Virus record (IMG/VR): IMGVR_UViG_3300004151_000008
Location: 2,232-66,231 of that record
DNA length: 64,000 nt
DNA from: a virus
Direction: 5' to 3' (one strand)
Within the stretch, counting starts at the first letter, position 1. Each line of letters opens with the position of its first letter. The notes below the pieces were generated by a model. The model saw only the letters and a program-made list of their open reading frames with translations. It did not search any database and was not told where the DNA came from. Made by a program: the position numbers and the translations under genes. This document shows, piece after piece, positions 45,245-55,940 of the stretch.

Positions 45245-45624
45245 TATTTTTTACCTGCTATGAGTTGATCTAGCTTACCAGAAATGTTACAGGTTGTGCC
45301 TTTTATCTCTGAAATTTCTCCTCTAATGTCCTGCATCTCCTCAAGCCATTTTATATGGAGCGCTGCCACTTGTTTGTCAACCAAAGCCGCAACATCTCTT
45401 TGACAGGATTGTGTAATTGTTAAATGCTCTTTTTCAGTTAGAAGTCCTGCGCTTTTTAATGATTTAATGTCGGTTTCTAAAGTTTCTAGTCTACTATACA
45501 GACCAAAAATCTTCCAAAGAGCAATAACGAATGAGAGTAAATACCCACTTCCCAGTACCTTCATCCATGGAATAGTAGACTTAATATACTCTATATCTTC
45601 TGGGGACAAAGGTTTCATATCCAT
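45244..45624 (-). CDS. Single-TM plus coiled-coil protein, putative holin-like lysis protein
   Basis: One hydrophobic segment (VLGSGYLLSFVIALWKIFGL); Met1-Asp-Met3 dual start; upstream of the putative endolysin. Confidence 0.55.
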   Translation of the reverse strand: MDMKPLSPEDIEYIKSTIPWMKVLGSGYLLSFVIALWKIFGLYSRLETLETDIKSLKSAGLLTEKEHLTITQSCQRDVAALVDKQVAALHIKWLEEMQDIRGEISEIKGTTCNISGKLDQLIAGKK

Positions 45625-45628
45625 AAAA

Positions 45629-45662
45629 TAATCCCTAAATTTAATATTAAATTTAGGGATTA
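45629..45662. repeat. Perfect 34-bp palindrome covering the RBS of the holin-like gene
   Basis: taatccctaaatttaat|attaaatttagggatta. Confidence 0.9.
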
Positions 45663-45690
45663 CTTTATCACGTTAGCAATAACTTTGCAA
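45662..45690 (-). promoter_or_regulatory. Sigma70-like promoter for the lysis-like operon
   Basis: TTGCAA-17-TAAAGT. Confidence 0.5.
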
Positions 45691-45756
45691 CAACTAAAAA
45701 ACTTAATTGCTACAGAGCTATTCTGATCTTTCTCTCATATCAGAAACTAAACTTTC

Positions 45757-47559
45757 TTAGTTAGTACCAGGGACTAAACCTTCAAACTGTGAATTGACTG
45801 AGTTATATATGAGCATTAATTTTGATCTATCTTCAGGAAGTGAAGAGTCAGAGGCTATATTGATATTACCTACACCATCTTTAACCACCACTGTGTGATC
45901 AGTGTCTTTGGCCTGGAGAATCAGTATATGACCATCGCTGAAAACACCTGCAATAGTAGTTAGGTCGTCAGTAGCGGCCCCTCCCTCTGTTTCTACCCTC
46001 ACAAAAGATTCGTCATCTATCGTCAACACCCCCCCAGAGATGGTGCGGGATACTGGAGCCCCTAACGCCAAACCTTTTATATTCACTGCTTTAGTGTTAA
46101 GCACCCCTTTGTCAAACCAGGAAGCCTCATCATTACTAACCCCAGTAATTACAGGAATACTAACCATGTTCCCTAACAAGGAGTTACCAGCAGCAAAAAC
46201 ATTTGTAACATTTTCATTCACCAGTACAGCAGACACACCAAACCCTTCAACATAGTTTCCTGTAAAATCAAGTCCTGCGTGGCCGGCGTCGATAGGGACA
46301 AAGACAATAGCATGTGGTACCCTTCCACCCGTATTACTGCTTGTGGCTGTAGCTGTAAATCTTGTTCCTGCTATACTGATACCACTCCCGTGAGCTAAAT
46401 ACATACAGTGAGTAGAGTTCGATGTGCCGTACATCTCAATATACCCACCTGAAAAACTCAAGCCTTTTACTGGAGATTTTACAAAAACCACTTTATCAGA
46501 TGAATAAACATCAAAGTTACACCCAATAAAATTTATTGCGCTAGATGTTCCAACTTCACCTATTCTAACATAGGCACTTCTGTTAGTTGCAAGTATGGTA
46601 CTTGGGGCAGTGAAAATACATTTTAGAAATACATTATTATGGACATTAAGTCTAAGGTCAAGATGTAATACTGTGGGATCGTGAACTACCAGCATCTCCC
46701 ACAAGTTTCCAAAACACCCCTCCTCAAGATACACACCAATTTTTGGTTGATATATGTAAAGGTCTTTAAAATGTGAGCCGTTAGCGTTTGTTCCAGAAAT
46801 CCCATTAATTTTATAGTGACACCACAAACTCATCCCAGAGAGAGTCAATGCTCGCGTTGACTCAGTTTCTGACCCGAGCTTGAACATTCCTGCAACAAGT
46901 GTAACGTCTGCGTTAGAGGTGCCTTGCTCCTCACCTACATAATTAAGCGTAGTGCCGCCCGCAGAAGCCACTGAGCTGTTATTTGTGCTCTTCCCACTCC
47001 CGTCTCCTTTAATATTCAACCCTAGTCCTCGCACTACTGGGAATTGCTCGACCCTGTACACACCAGCAGTAATTCTTACAACCGGCTTCGCTCCATCAGG
47101 ATAACCATTAGCACAATCTATGGCAGCCTGTATTCCAGGCCCAGAATCTTCTGAAAAACTGCCAGCTACCGCCCCCCACCACTGTGGATATACTTTGGAT
47201 ATCTTCCCTTTTACATTTATACCTCCATCAAAATGCTTACTCTTGGTGGCTCTGAAACCTTTGAGAAAAGTAACAGTTACACCAGACCCACCTACGAGCA
47301 TTCCCCCATCTTCAAACGTCACCTTTCTATCCGCAGGAAAGGTTAGATTAGAAGTGAGTGTGTGGGGGGCTGTGATGACTACCCGGCATCCAGCGTAATC
47401 AATCCCAGCAGCATCCGCTATCGTGGGTATAGGCAACACCCAACCTGAAGGTCTAATGGCATAAACACCTGTCACTGGCATTAACAGCCCATCTTGTACC
47501 ATAGTGTTTAAAAGCTCCTCATTCGCTCTCAGCCTTGCCAATCTTTCAGCTCCGGTCAT
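45757..47559 (-). CDS. Tail spike / pectate-lyase-like beta-helix protein
   Basis: VYPQWWGA.....DS...IQAAID, V.I.AG.Y; beta-helix-like repeats. Confidence 0.8.
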   Translation of the reverse strand: MTGAERLARLRANEELLNTMVQDGLLMPVTGVYAIRPSGWVLPIPTIADAAGIDYAGCRVVITAPHTLTSNLTFPADRKVTFEDGGMLVGGSGVTVTFLKGFRATKSKHFDGGINVKGKISKVYPQWWGAVAGSFSEDSGPGIQAAIDCANGYPDGAKPVVRITAGVYRVEQFPVVRGLGLNIKGDGSGKSTNNSSVASAGGTTLNYVGEEQGTSNADVTLVAGMFKLGSETESTRALTLSGMSLWCHYKINGISGTNANGSHFKDLYIYQPKIGVYLEEGCFGNLWEMLVVHDPTVLHLDLRLNVHNNVFLKCIFTAPSTILATNRSAYVRIGEVGTSSAINFIGCNFDVYSSDKVVFVKSPVKGLSFSGGYIEMYGTSNSTHCMYLAHGSGISIAGTRFTATATSSNTGGRVPHAIVFVPIDAGHAGLDFTGNYVEGFGVSAVLVNENVTNVFAAGNSLLGNMVSIPVITGVSNDEASWFDKGVLNTKAVNIKGLALGAPVSRTISGGVLTIDDESFVRVETEGGAATDDLTTIAGVFSDGHILILQAKDTDHTVVVKDGVGNINIASDSSLPEDRSKLMLIYNSVNSQFEGLVPGTN

Positions 47560-47616
47560 TTCACTGCTCCAGTATTATGATATTCTAAAAATATAAGTGT
47601 GAAGTCGCCGCTATAG

Positions 47617-48108
47617 CTACTCATGAGGAATGCTCATCATATCGGCCATAATCTCATTGAAGATCTCCTCGTAATACTCCCACGTAGGGGAGAATCCAAA
47701 CATCTCCACTACAGCGATATAAATTGAATCAATCTCATAGTCGCGCACGCTCGGGGTTACTTCCATCTGGGCGGTTATGGTAAATAGATTCCCAGCAATC
47801 GCAGTGAGTGCCCATGTGTTGGGTATAAATCTAGCTTGATACTCTGCCGGCACACTATTATCAAGTATAAGGTCAACTCTAAAGTACTGTGAAGGTTCTA
47901 CTGATACAGTCGCGTGAAAGGTTTCAAGGTAGTCATATCTATCTCCTACTACCCTCCATGCAACATTTACAAGCCGAGAAGAGTTTATCAGATTCCTTCT
48001 ATAACGCCCACCTCCACCATCAAGCTGAACTCTTAATACATCGGATGTTCCAATAGATGTTGAGTACTCAGAGGTTGTTGGTCTTATTAATAGTTTATAA
48101 CTAGCCAT
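47617..48108 (-). CDS. Distal tail / minor tail protein (lambda gpM-like)
   Basis: R.QLDGG.GRYRR...VNV.W...F...F..DLILD...EY.A.FIP; AGGAG RBS. Confidence 0.65.
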   Translation of the reverse strand: MASYKLLIRPTTSEYSTSIGTSDVLRVQLDGGGGRYRRNLINSSRLVNVAWRVVGDRYDYLETFHATVSVEPSQYFRVDLILDNSVPAEYQARFIPNTWALTAIAGNLFTITAQMEVTPSVRDYEIDSIYIAVVEMFGFSPTWEYYEEIFNEIMADMMSIPHE

Positions 48109-48174
48109 TATACATGTCTCCTGGTATCACTGCAGTGAAACATTATATTTTGATACCCTTGACACAGTCTCATA

Positions 48175-50760
48175 TTATTCAGTGACTAATCCATTAATAA
48201 AGTCAGTGTCATGTTCATAGAATCTAGCATCATAATTACTACAGTTAACACTATAGCTCTTATTTTCCTGCGGTGTAATTTCATTAACTAAGAAATTCTT
48301 AATCTTATTATCTGTCTCTGCTACCAGATAATAAGTTGTTTTTGCATAAGCATCTTCAGCAGTAGATAATGGCAGAGCTGGAGCATGGGATAAAATGATA
48401 GTATACTCACTATTACCTGGATTGCAACTTATATTTTCTACACTGCCGTCGCTAAGTTGTAAAAATATGCTGTAATCTACCCCAGTTTCAAATATTGTAG
48501 GTTGGGAAGTTGTTACTATAAGCCCATCCTGCGAAACAATCTCACCATCTTGCATATCAGGTCTTGTATTATCAGCTAATAATATGCGATGACCAGTAAC
48601 AAGATAGCCAGCCTCACTAGTAGCTGTAAATTCAACATCTACATTTTGGTAATTTATTTTATTATAAGCTCTCCAAGCGTGAAAGTGACTCTGCACTATA
48701 TTTCTAACTCCAGGAATATCTAAAGTTTCTGGATTAATAGCGCTTCTATCTTCAGGTATATAATAGGAGGTTATAGCATCATCGGCTGGATCAGTATAAG
48801 TTAATTCAACACCATCGCTATCTTTTCTAGGTCCAAAATATACTGTTCTAGCCTCTGTTCCAGGTAATTTATTCCTGTGGTTGAACAATAGGACACTGTC
48901 CTCAGTACTCCTCTCAAAATATAACTTAATTTTACTCGCCTGTCTGTATGCCCTACAAAATACAGCTTGAGCTATAGTAGCCAAAGTCTCTTCAAAACTT
49001 ATATTGACTTCAGAAAAAGTGTAGCAGAATTCGGCAGCTAGGGGGGTACCGAAATATTCAACTACCTCCTCTACGGTGGAATAGATCAGATCAAAATCTA
49101 CCTCCGCTGGAGTGCGCCTCCCCATTCTAGGGTCTAGGCAGACTGCAGAAATAATGTCAGCAGCATTTCTGGTGCTATGAAGAGAGGATGAGAAGGTAGA
49201 TCCAGAGATGCGTTGTGGGAGTTTTCTAGTTACAAGTAATTTTAACTTTCGTTCTTTAATACTCAAGGCACTCTGATTGACCACAGTCCTGGTAAGAACA
49301 GTAGTGATATCCCCGAAGTGTGGCTGCGTGACGGATTTAACAGACATCAAATCGCGGAATTGGATTTCGTCAACGACCACCCCATTGAAGTCGTAATCCT
49401 TGGGGGTGGTGCGCATCACCCTTACCTTGCAACGACCTGGAGTAATGAGAGCTGCCTTGACAGTTACACCTTTGACCTGATGGTCTGTCGATGACCCAAT
49501 AACGGTCCCCATGAAAGTTTCTAGTGCCCCAGCATTATCCCCGTCTCCATCTATCGGTTGCACTTCCATCTTGAACGACGCAGAGCGTGAGGTTTGGTTT
49601 GACCCATCATCTGCATACATGCCTTGCGTAGCAACAACATTAGCATATACTGACTTGGTAGTGTTTGGCAAGGTATACCAATCTGTCCATCTATCCGCGG
49701 TAGTAGTTATCGTCGCTACGGCTGCGGTTGAGGTTCCTGAGGTTTCAAGACAATTCCATAAAGTATTCTCTGCTTCTGGGTTAACGAGAACAAGCGTGTT
49801 TGAGGTAACGGACAGCAGTTCATAAGTGCCGTCAAGATTGATCACACTTTCTGGGCATATTAGAGGAACGGGAGTAACATTGAGAAATGCCCCCTCAATG
49901 GTGATCGCGTCACCATCTTCAAACTTATCAGTAAAATCTATACTAGAATCATTACAAAAAATCGTGTCTGGCCAAGTAAAAACAAGGGTATTCTTTGTAT
50001 CGACCCTGTTCTCATTTGGTGCTCTCAACACTTGCCCGTTGACAGACTCGGAACGGTCAATATCAAGCACAGGTTCAGCAATCGGATCACCAACCGTGTA
50101 AAAAGGCACTCCACTGTTTGGTGATGTGTTTGGGCCGTACACCTCAAGCCCTGCTCCTGAAATGTTATCTACTGGGGTTATCCCCTCTACAGCTTCATGT
50201 ATTTCATACGCACCGACACCAACACACAGATAACTGATCTCGATTTCTCGATTACCTACAAAAATAGAGTAGGGGAGAGCAAGAAGGTCAGGCACGGACC
50301 ATACAGTACCATAAATTGAAGGTATTCTACCATTTAATCTTGGAGTATTAACTCGACCAGAAAGCACACCATTTGGTGACTGGACCTGTTGGTTACGTGT
50401 AGTTGGAGCGTTCGGCACACTAGGAGCTAGAATTTTAGACACTGCCATAGAAACCACCATAACGGCTAGGGCCTTTCCTATGACTAACCACGTCCCTGGG
50501 TCAGTCCCAGGATAAACTACTGCATAAAGCTGACCTTCCAATGACTGCAGTCTTTTAATACCTTCCTCTAATACCAAAACCCCTTCATGCCCTATAGGTG
50601 TAACATCTCTACTTTCTGCTATTTGCTCATGATATATCCTAGCAGTCTCAGGTAAAACCTCATATCTCTCCTTCAAGCTAGCACAAATATCTTCAGTTTT
50701 AATGTGCTCCCAAGTGCTTGGTTCCAAGACATTATCAATGAGAGTCAAGGTCTTCAACAT
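48175..50760 (-). CDS. Central tail-tip / host-specificity protein (lambda J-like)
   Basis: N.PR...RIP.IYG.V..VPDL, F.ETL..IA...F, FNHRN. Confidence 0.85.
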   Translation of the reverse strand: MLKTLTLIDNVLEPSTWEHIKTEDICASLKERYEVLPETARIYHEQIAESRDVTPIGHEGVLVLEEGIKRLQSLEGQLYAVVYPGTDPGTWLVIGKALAVMVVSMAVSKILAPSVPNAPTTRNQQVQSPNGVLSGRVNTPRLNGRIPSIYGTVWSVPDLLALPYSIFVGNREIEISYLCVGVGAYEIHEAVEGITPVDNISGAGLEVYGPNTSPNSGVPFYTVGDPIAEPVLDIDRSESVNGQVLRAPNENRVDTKNTLVFTWPDTIFCNDSSIDFTDKFEDGDAITIEGAFLNVTPVPLICPESVINLDGTYELLSVTSNTLVLVNPEAENTLWNCLETSGTSTAAVATITTTADRWTDWYTLPNTTKSVYANVVATQGMYADDGSNQTSRSASFKMEVQPIDGDGDNAGALETFMGTVIGSSTDHQVKGVTVKAALITPGRCKVRVMRTTPKDYDFNGVVVDEIQFRDLMSVKSVTQPHFGDITTVLTRTVVNQSALSIKERKLKLLVTRKLPQRISGSTFSSSLHSTRNAADIISAVCLDPRMGRRTPAEVDFDLIYSTVEEVVEYFGTPLAAEFCYTFSEVNISFEETLATIAQAVFCRAYRQASKIKLYFERSTEDSVLLFNHRNKLPGTEARTVYFGPRKDSDGVELTYTDPADDAITSYYIPEDRSAINPETLDIPGVRNIVQSHFHAWRAYNKINYQNVDVEFTATSEAGYLVTGHRILLADNTRPDMQDGEIVSQDGLIVTTSQPTIFETGVDYSIFLQLSDGSVENISCNPGNSEYTIILSHAPALPLSTAEDAYAKTTYYLVAETDNKIKNFLVNEITPQENKSYSVNCSNYDARFYEHDTDFINGLVTE

Positions 50761-51104
50761 AGGTAATACCTCACTCGTTTAGCCCCAACACCAACAACTT
50801 CTATTGGTTGGTACTGAACTCCTTTTTCTGTAATATGCAAAACTTTGCCCCTTACAAATACACCAACATGTGGAGTGGCTTTATGATATTGAAAAAAAAC
50901 TAAGCATGGGTCTGATGGAGTCTCTAACCTCTTAAATCTACGCAGATTAGATGTGGTTACTTTGTTAGTCTTCGTGGATAGAGAAAGCTCGTTACTCAAG
51001 TCCTGCCCCGTTAGGTCTAACCATACATCAACCGCAAAACTCGCACATCCGTAGGAATGAATATTGTATTTTCTACCAAAGTATTTGTCAGTAGAAAAAC
51101 TCAT
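50754..51104 (-). CDS. NlpC/P60-like tail-tip assembly protein
   Basis: Y.....CA.F...VW, HVGVF...VLH. Confidence 0.8.
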   Translation of the reverse strand: MSFSTDKYFGRKYNIHSYGCASFAVDVWLDLTGQDLSNELSLSTKTNKVTTSNLRRFKRLETPSDPCLVFFQYHKATPHVGVFVRGKVLHITEKGVQYQPIEVVGVGAKRVRYYLC

Positions 51105-51601
51105 AAAAAGCCTCTCAACATTGGGAATCTTACTAATGAGTACAGCTCTCCAGTTTTACTAATATTAAGGCTGGGCGCAGCGGCTTCGAATGTTGCCCCC
51201 TCAGGAGCGAGGGATATATTTGATATCTCGTATACTACAGGACCAAACAAGATTGTTTCCAAGTCATCGCTTCTATAAGTACGGTAAGTGAGTGTGGGTT
51301 TTTTAGTCATCCCATTTGCTAATATTACTGCATCTATTTCCTTGGGTATAACCTCACCTAAATCTCCAAAGGTGATATTTATTTTTTGATCCAAATCAGC
51401 CCTATTTTCACCTAGTGTGATGGCGAGTGGATAATAAGCATAAATATAGTTATTGCCGTCTTCGTGCTTAACTGTGCAGCCGTTTGAATAGTTTCTGACT
51501 ATTCTGTAAGTCGCAGTAAAGTTTGGATGCTGGAATTCAAGACATTCCACCTCAGCTACTCCACCGGAAGAATTTAAAAAGTATTCTGAGTATTCACTCA
51601 C
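51101..51601 (-). CDS. DUF1833 / lambda gpL-like minor tail protein
   Basis: ECLEF.HP......VRN, YR.Y.SDDL, KTGE.Y....FP.L.GF. Confidence 0.8.
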   Translation of the reverse strand: MSEYSEYFLNSSGGVAEVECLEFQHPNFTATYRIVRNYSNGCTVKHEDGNNYIYAYYPLAITLGENRADLDQKINITFGDLGEVIPKEIDAVILANGMTKKPTLTYRTYRSDDLETILFGPVVYEISNISLAPEGATFEAAAPSLNISKTGELYSLVRFPMLRGFL

Positions 51602-51678
51602 AGTATGTAGTTCCTATTATGCAGTAAGAAATAATGGAGGTGATGACACAGTTTCTAAACCCTAAACAAAACACACCC

Positions 51679-54600
51679 TTAGCGCCTTCTACTAGTAGTA
51701 GTAGATATTGCCAAGGACTTGCTTACTCTACTATTAGGATCTGCTATACTAGCGGCGATAAGATTTGGGGCTGTCTTTCTTACAGTAGAGTGGGCTTCGT
51801 CCCTAGCTATGATTCTAACCTCATCAGCACTTAACTGTTCTACCTCAAAAGCCTTACTTGTGCCATAGTTATTTACAACAACCTTCGTTCCAGTTCCCCT
51901 CCCGCCTAATGCTTGCATTTGGGACTTTGTAAAAACCCCTTCACCTTTTTGCAAGACAGCAGGGAACTCATCAGGAAGTAGACCACTGTGATATCTTGGA
52001 GCATTAGTAAAAGTTGCTGAAGGTAAAGCTCCGCTGTAATAGTTATTATCTTTACCTACAACGCCACCTGTGTGATAAGTGAACAAGCCCCCAATGCTGC
52101 CTAAAATAGAACCAAAGTTAAATCCAGTATCCGGATTTACCCAAGTACCTGATGCTCCTGTAGCCCCAGCGCCTAATGATGCAAGTAATGGGGTTAAGAC
52201 AGCTTGCTTAATAGCAATCCTAGCAATGTCACTGATTATGGAATTAGCTAGGTCAGTAAATGAGAGTTTGCCAGTAGTAACAAACTCTACTATAACATCT
52301 TCCATCCCTTTAAAAACATTGTCAGTAGCCGACTTAACATCCCTGAACATTTCTTCAGTAGTGTATCCAGCTTCAGACACAGCCTTAGCCATTGCATCCC
52401 AAGGTGAAGTGTTGGATATTGTGGATTGGAGATTAGTAGTAACTGTTTTTAGTTCCCCACCTTTTGCGATTAGTTCTTGCTGGGCTTTAGCCGCTGCTTC
52501 ATACTGCTTAACTAGATTCTCTTGCTCATTGACAATAGCCTTTGTCTTATCATCTACCTGATCCTGGGTAAGTTTGAGGGGATTTTTTGACAGGCCATCT
52601 CTAATCTTCTGCAACCTTTGCATTGACTGGCCATACTCATCACCTAATCTACCAAGCTCTGCGTAAGAAGACCCTACAATTTGGGTATAATCGGCCTGTA
52701 CTTTACCAGCCTCAATCATAGCCTGATTACGTTTATAGGTTTCTGCCTCGATCTTTGTCATACCAACAGTAGCGTTCTGCTTAACAAAAGATTCAATATC
52801 CCCCATTAGCGTTTTTGCATTCTGATTCCATTCTCTGGCAGAGGCATTAGTATCCTTCATCTTTTCTACATAAAGATCATAGGTAGCCATCAACTGCTTC
52901 ATAGCCTGAGCAGCCTCTTTATTAGCTTCAGCCTCAGCTCTTCTACCTGCAGTGGCTGCTCTATTAGCTAGTATCTGGTCAGAGGTTAGAGCTATATCCT
53001 TTTTCTTGGCTGCTTCAAGTTCAGGGCCAAAGGACTTCTTAATTGCCTGTTCAGACTCACTTAAAACTTTATTATACTCTTCAGCCGACATTCCAGCAGC
53101 ATCAAGCTTCTTTTTCTGGTCAGCAATAGTTTCAGAAATTCTTGCCTGGACTTTTTCAACCTCACTTTTACCTACAAGATCTGCTTGCCGAGTATAGTAG
53201 TCAAGACTCTTTAATGCCTCCTCTCCTGCAGAACTCTGGGCTTCTGTCAACTTACCAACAGCCCCAGCAGCTTTACCTGTTGCCTGAGCAATGTTGTTCT
53301 GAGCCGCAGCTGTTTTTTCAAGTTCAGCAACAACCTCTCGCTCTGCTTGTAGCCTCTTAGTAACATCATCGAGTTTATAATTGTGGTAAGACTTCGTTAC
53401 TGGATTAGACGCCTCTTGCACCGATCTTTGTTGATAGTTTAGAGCCTGTTGGAGTACCTTTACTTTCTCTCTAGCTTCTTCTAATTTACTAATGGACTTA
53501 TCATTTATGCCCAAGGCATCAAGTAAAGCACCACCTCCAAGAGTAGCAACTGTGCTCCCTAGTGCTGCTCCCTTCATTCCACCAAACCTCGCACCGACTA
53601 AACCACCAATAAGTGCTAGCTTTCTGTTAGTGTCTGCATCTGTAGAATCGAGAATTTTTATAGTAAAAGTTATAGTTTTGGCCGCTGCTGTTGTCAGCCA
53701 AATTAACTTATCAACAATAAAAGTGAACGAGTCCTTTGTGTCTTGTGAATTGACTACGTCTCTTAGCTCCTTCATCATTCTTACAGAAGAAGCATTATCA
53801 TACGAGGTTACAAACAAGTTATTAATAGAAGCAACAAGAAGATCAAGATTATACTTACCAGACTCTCCTAAGCTCTCTATAACCCTCTGTAAGTAGGTAA
53901 ACTGCCTACCACCCTCTCCACCAGCATCAGAAACTTTATTCTTGTAATCCCCGATAGTCTTATTAAAGTTAGTAAGAGCCTGCTCTGCTGAGGCGATACC
54001 CGGAGCAATTGCCTTCAGACCCCTCAACCCACCAGAGTCCTCTAAGAAAGCAGCTCGCATAGAGGCAGGCAACTTATCTGCTGCTTTCTGTAAGTCACCA
54101 AACATAGTGACTAGATCTTTAGTTTTGCCAGTAGTTGTATCTATAGCAGTAAACCCAAGCTGATGAAATTGCTCTTGAACCTTTTTTGTTGGGTTTACAA
54201 GTTTGGTCATAGCAGTGGTTAATCCTGCACCTGCCTTAGCTGCATCAATACCTTTATCGTGCATGACACCAAGAACAGCCGCCACTTCTTCAATGCTACT
54301 ACCAAACAATACATTCTGAGAAGTTGCGTTCTCGAACGCTCTCATCATGGTAGGGATGCTCGCTTGAGAAATATCAGCTATTTTGGATACTACGTTTGCT
54401 GTAGTTATGACATCTGTGTTATAGGCTGAAGCAAACTTCTGAACTTGGGCAGTGATATCTTGTAGCTTAGTGCCTGAATAATAGGCCATAGCAGACAACT
54501 GCTCAAGCATAGTAGTAGTCGTACCACCTTCTTGCTGAATAGGTTTTAATGCCTCTGCTGCTGATACCCCTGCACGAGAAAACTCTAGTAGCCCCTCAGC

Positions 54601-55911
54601 CTGTTCAGTTAGACTTTGAGGAGAGTTCCCAATCGTTAACAGTTGCTTCTCTAATTGCTCAGTTGTTATTGCTGCTCCACCTGCACTTGTCTCTAGGAAA
54701 GATATTTTTCTGGCAATGTCATCGAATTCGGCACCAAGCTGCACAGTCTTGATTGTGGCTGCTACCGTAGCAAAACCGGCGATCATGGGCAGCATCTGCC
54801 CATAGGTCAACCATAGCCCCCCCATAGCGCCAGAAGCCCCCCGCATAAGGTTGTGAAAGACACTGGATTTTTTACCAGCATTATCCCAGGCTTCTCCTAA
54901 CTTTCCTAAAACCCCTACCTGATTTTTTAGTTTGTCTGTTGTAGGATCATAAAGTTTTGACTCTGCCTTCATCTGCTCAGAGTAATCATACCCCCCTGCT
55001 TTACTACCAGCCGAAAGTCTTTCTCTTCCAGTCTGAGCATAAGGAGTAATGGTAGGTACTCTGTTTGCTAAGTTCTGCTTCTCTAACTCCTGCTGCGCGA
55101 AGAACTGCTGTTCTACAGAAGCAATGACAGCTCTTCTAGCTGCAACTTCCTCTGCTAAGGCAGCTTTAGTTTCTTTGCTGAAGGCCGCTCGCATTTTAGC
55201 AATCTCAGCTTCCTTCGCAGCTAACTGAGATTCTACTTCATTGAAAGTTTCTATGTCCTTTAATTGTTTACCATAATCAAACCCTTTTTCATAATTACCC
55301 ATCTTACCAGAAGCGTTGAGTTTCTGGTAAGCAGCAATCTGGGCTTTTACTGCAACAGTCTCAGCAGTCAATGCAATGGCAGCTTTGTCTGTTAGGAGTA
55401 GTTCTCTAGCTTTTGCATCAACATAAGCACCTTCAGTACGCAGTAACCCATCACGAGCAGCTTCTTCAGCGCGTAGAGCTACTGAGGTTGCATGTGTTGC
55501 CTGAGAATTGGCTGTAGCAATAGTTGAGTACTGACCAGAAGTAGTAATAAAATCAGAGAGTTGCTGACGGCTATAAGCTAGGTTACGCCCAACTTCTTTT
55601 ATAGAGGATTCAAATTCTTTTAGACCAGAGTTCATCTTACCACTTGACCAAATACTGTCAAGGGAAGTTTTGAATCCTGCTAACACATTCTTTGATTGGG
55701 AAATAGACGAGGTTAACTTCTCTGCTTCTCTTGCAAGACCAGCCATAACGCTGGACATAGTTTTAAACTCAGAGTTTCCTTTCTGAGAGGACTTAGCTAA
55801 TGCGTCAGTTGCGTCAGCAGCCTCTCTTAAATCTCTTGCTAGTCTGTTTACCTTTTCAGCCCCAGTTACATCGGCCCCAATTTTAAGAAGTGTAGCCATT
55901 AAATACCTCAT
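51679..55911 (-). CDS. Tail tape measure protein
   Basis: 1410 aa, Ala/coiled-coil rich; C-terminal ED.IV.FV.TGKLSF.DL..SII.D and H.GG.V motifs. Confidence 0.93.
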   Translation of the reverse strand: MRYLMATLLKIGADVTGAEKVNRLARDLREAADATDALAKSSQKGNSEFKTMSSVMAGLAREAEKLTSSISQSKNVLAGFKTSLDSIWSSGKMNSGLKEFESSIKEVGRNLAYSRQQLSDFITTSGQYSTIATANSQATHATSVALRAEEAARDGLLRTEGAYVDAKARELLLTDKAAIALTAETVAVKAQIAAYQKLNASGKMGNYEKGFDYGKQLKDIETFNEVESQLAAKEAEIAKMRAAFSKETKAALAEEVAARRAVIASVEQQFFAQQELEKQNLANRVPTITPYAQTGRERLSAGSKAGGYDYSEQMKAESKLYDPTTDKLKNQVGVLGKLGEAWDNAGKKSSVFHNLMRGASGAMGGLWLTYGQMLPMIAGFATVAATIKTVQLGAEFDDIARKISFLETSAGGAAITTEQLEKQLLTIGNSPQSLTEQAEGLLEFSRAGVSAAEALKPIQQEGGTTTTMLEQLSAMAYYSGTKLQDITAQVQKFASAYNTDVITTANVVSKIADISQASIPTMMRAFENATSQNVLFGSSIEEVAAVLGVMHDKGIDAAKAGAGLTTAMTKLVNPTKKVQEQFHQLGFTAIDTTTGKTKDLVTMFGDLQKAADKLPASMRAAFLEDSGGLRGLKAIAPGIASAEQALTNFNKTIGDYKNKVSDAGGEGGRQFTYLQRVIESLGESGKYNLDLLVASINNLFVTSYDNASSVRMMKELRDVVNSQDTKDSFTFIVDKLIWLTTAAAKTITFTIKILDSTDADTNRKLALIGGLVGARFGGMKGAALGSTVATLGGGALLDALGINDKSISKLEEAREKVKVLQQALNYQQRSVQEASNPVTKSYHNYKLDDVTKRLQAEREVVAELEKTAAAQNNIAQATGKAAGAVGKLTEAQSSAGEEALKSLDYYTRQADLVGKSEVEKVQARISETIADQKKKLDAAGMSAEEYNKVLSESEQAIKKSFGPELEAAKKKDIALTSDQILANRAATAGRRAEAEANKEAAQAMKQLMATYDLYVEKMKDTNASAREWNQNAKTLMGDIESFVKQNATVGMTKIEAETYKRNQAMIEAGKVQADYTQIVGSSYAELGRLGDEYGQSMQRLQKIRDGLSKNPLKLTQDQVDDKTKAIVNEQENLVKQYEAAAKAQQELIAKGGELKTVTTNLQSTISNTSPWDAMAKAVSEAGYTTEEMFRDVKSATDNVFKGMEDVIVEFVTTGKLSFTDLANSIISDIARIAIKQAVLTPLLASLGAGATGASGTWVNPDTGFNFGSILGSIGGLFTYHTGGVVGKDNNYYSGALPSATFTNAPRYHSGLLPDEFPAVLQKGEGVFTKSQMQALGGRGTGTKVVVNNYGTSKAFEVEQLSADEVRIIARDEAHSTVRKTAPNLIAASIADPNSRVSKSLAISTTTSRRR

Positions 55912-55940
55912 TTATTAGGGCTATGGAACTAAGCCAGCCA

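Noticed and set aside
36095-47559. Diversity-generating retroelement acting on fibre genes
   Set aside because: No reverse transcriptase and no template/variable repeat pair noticed in the window.
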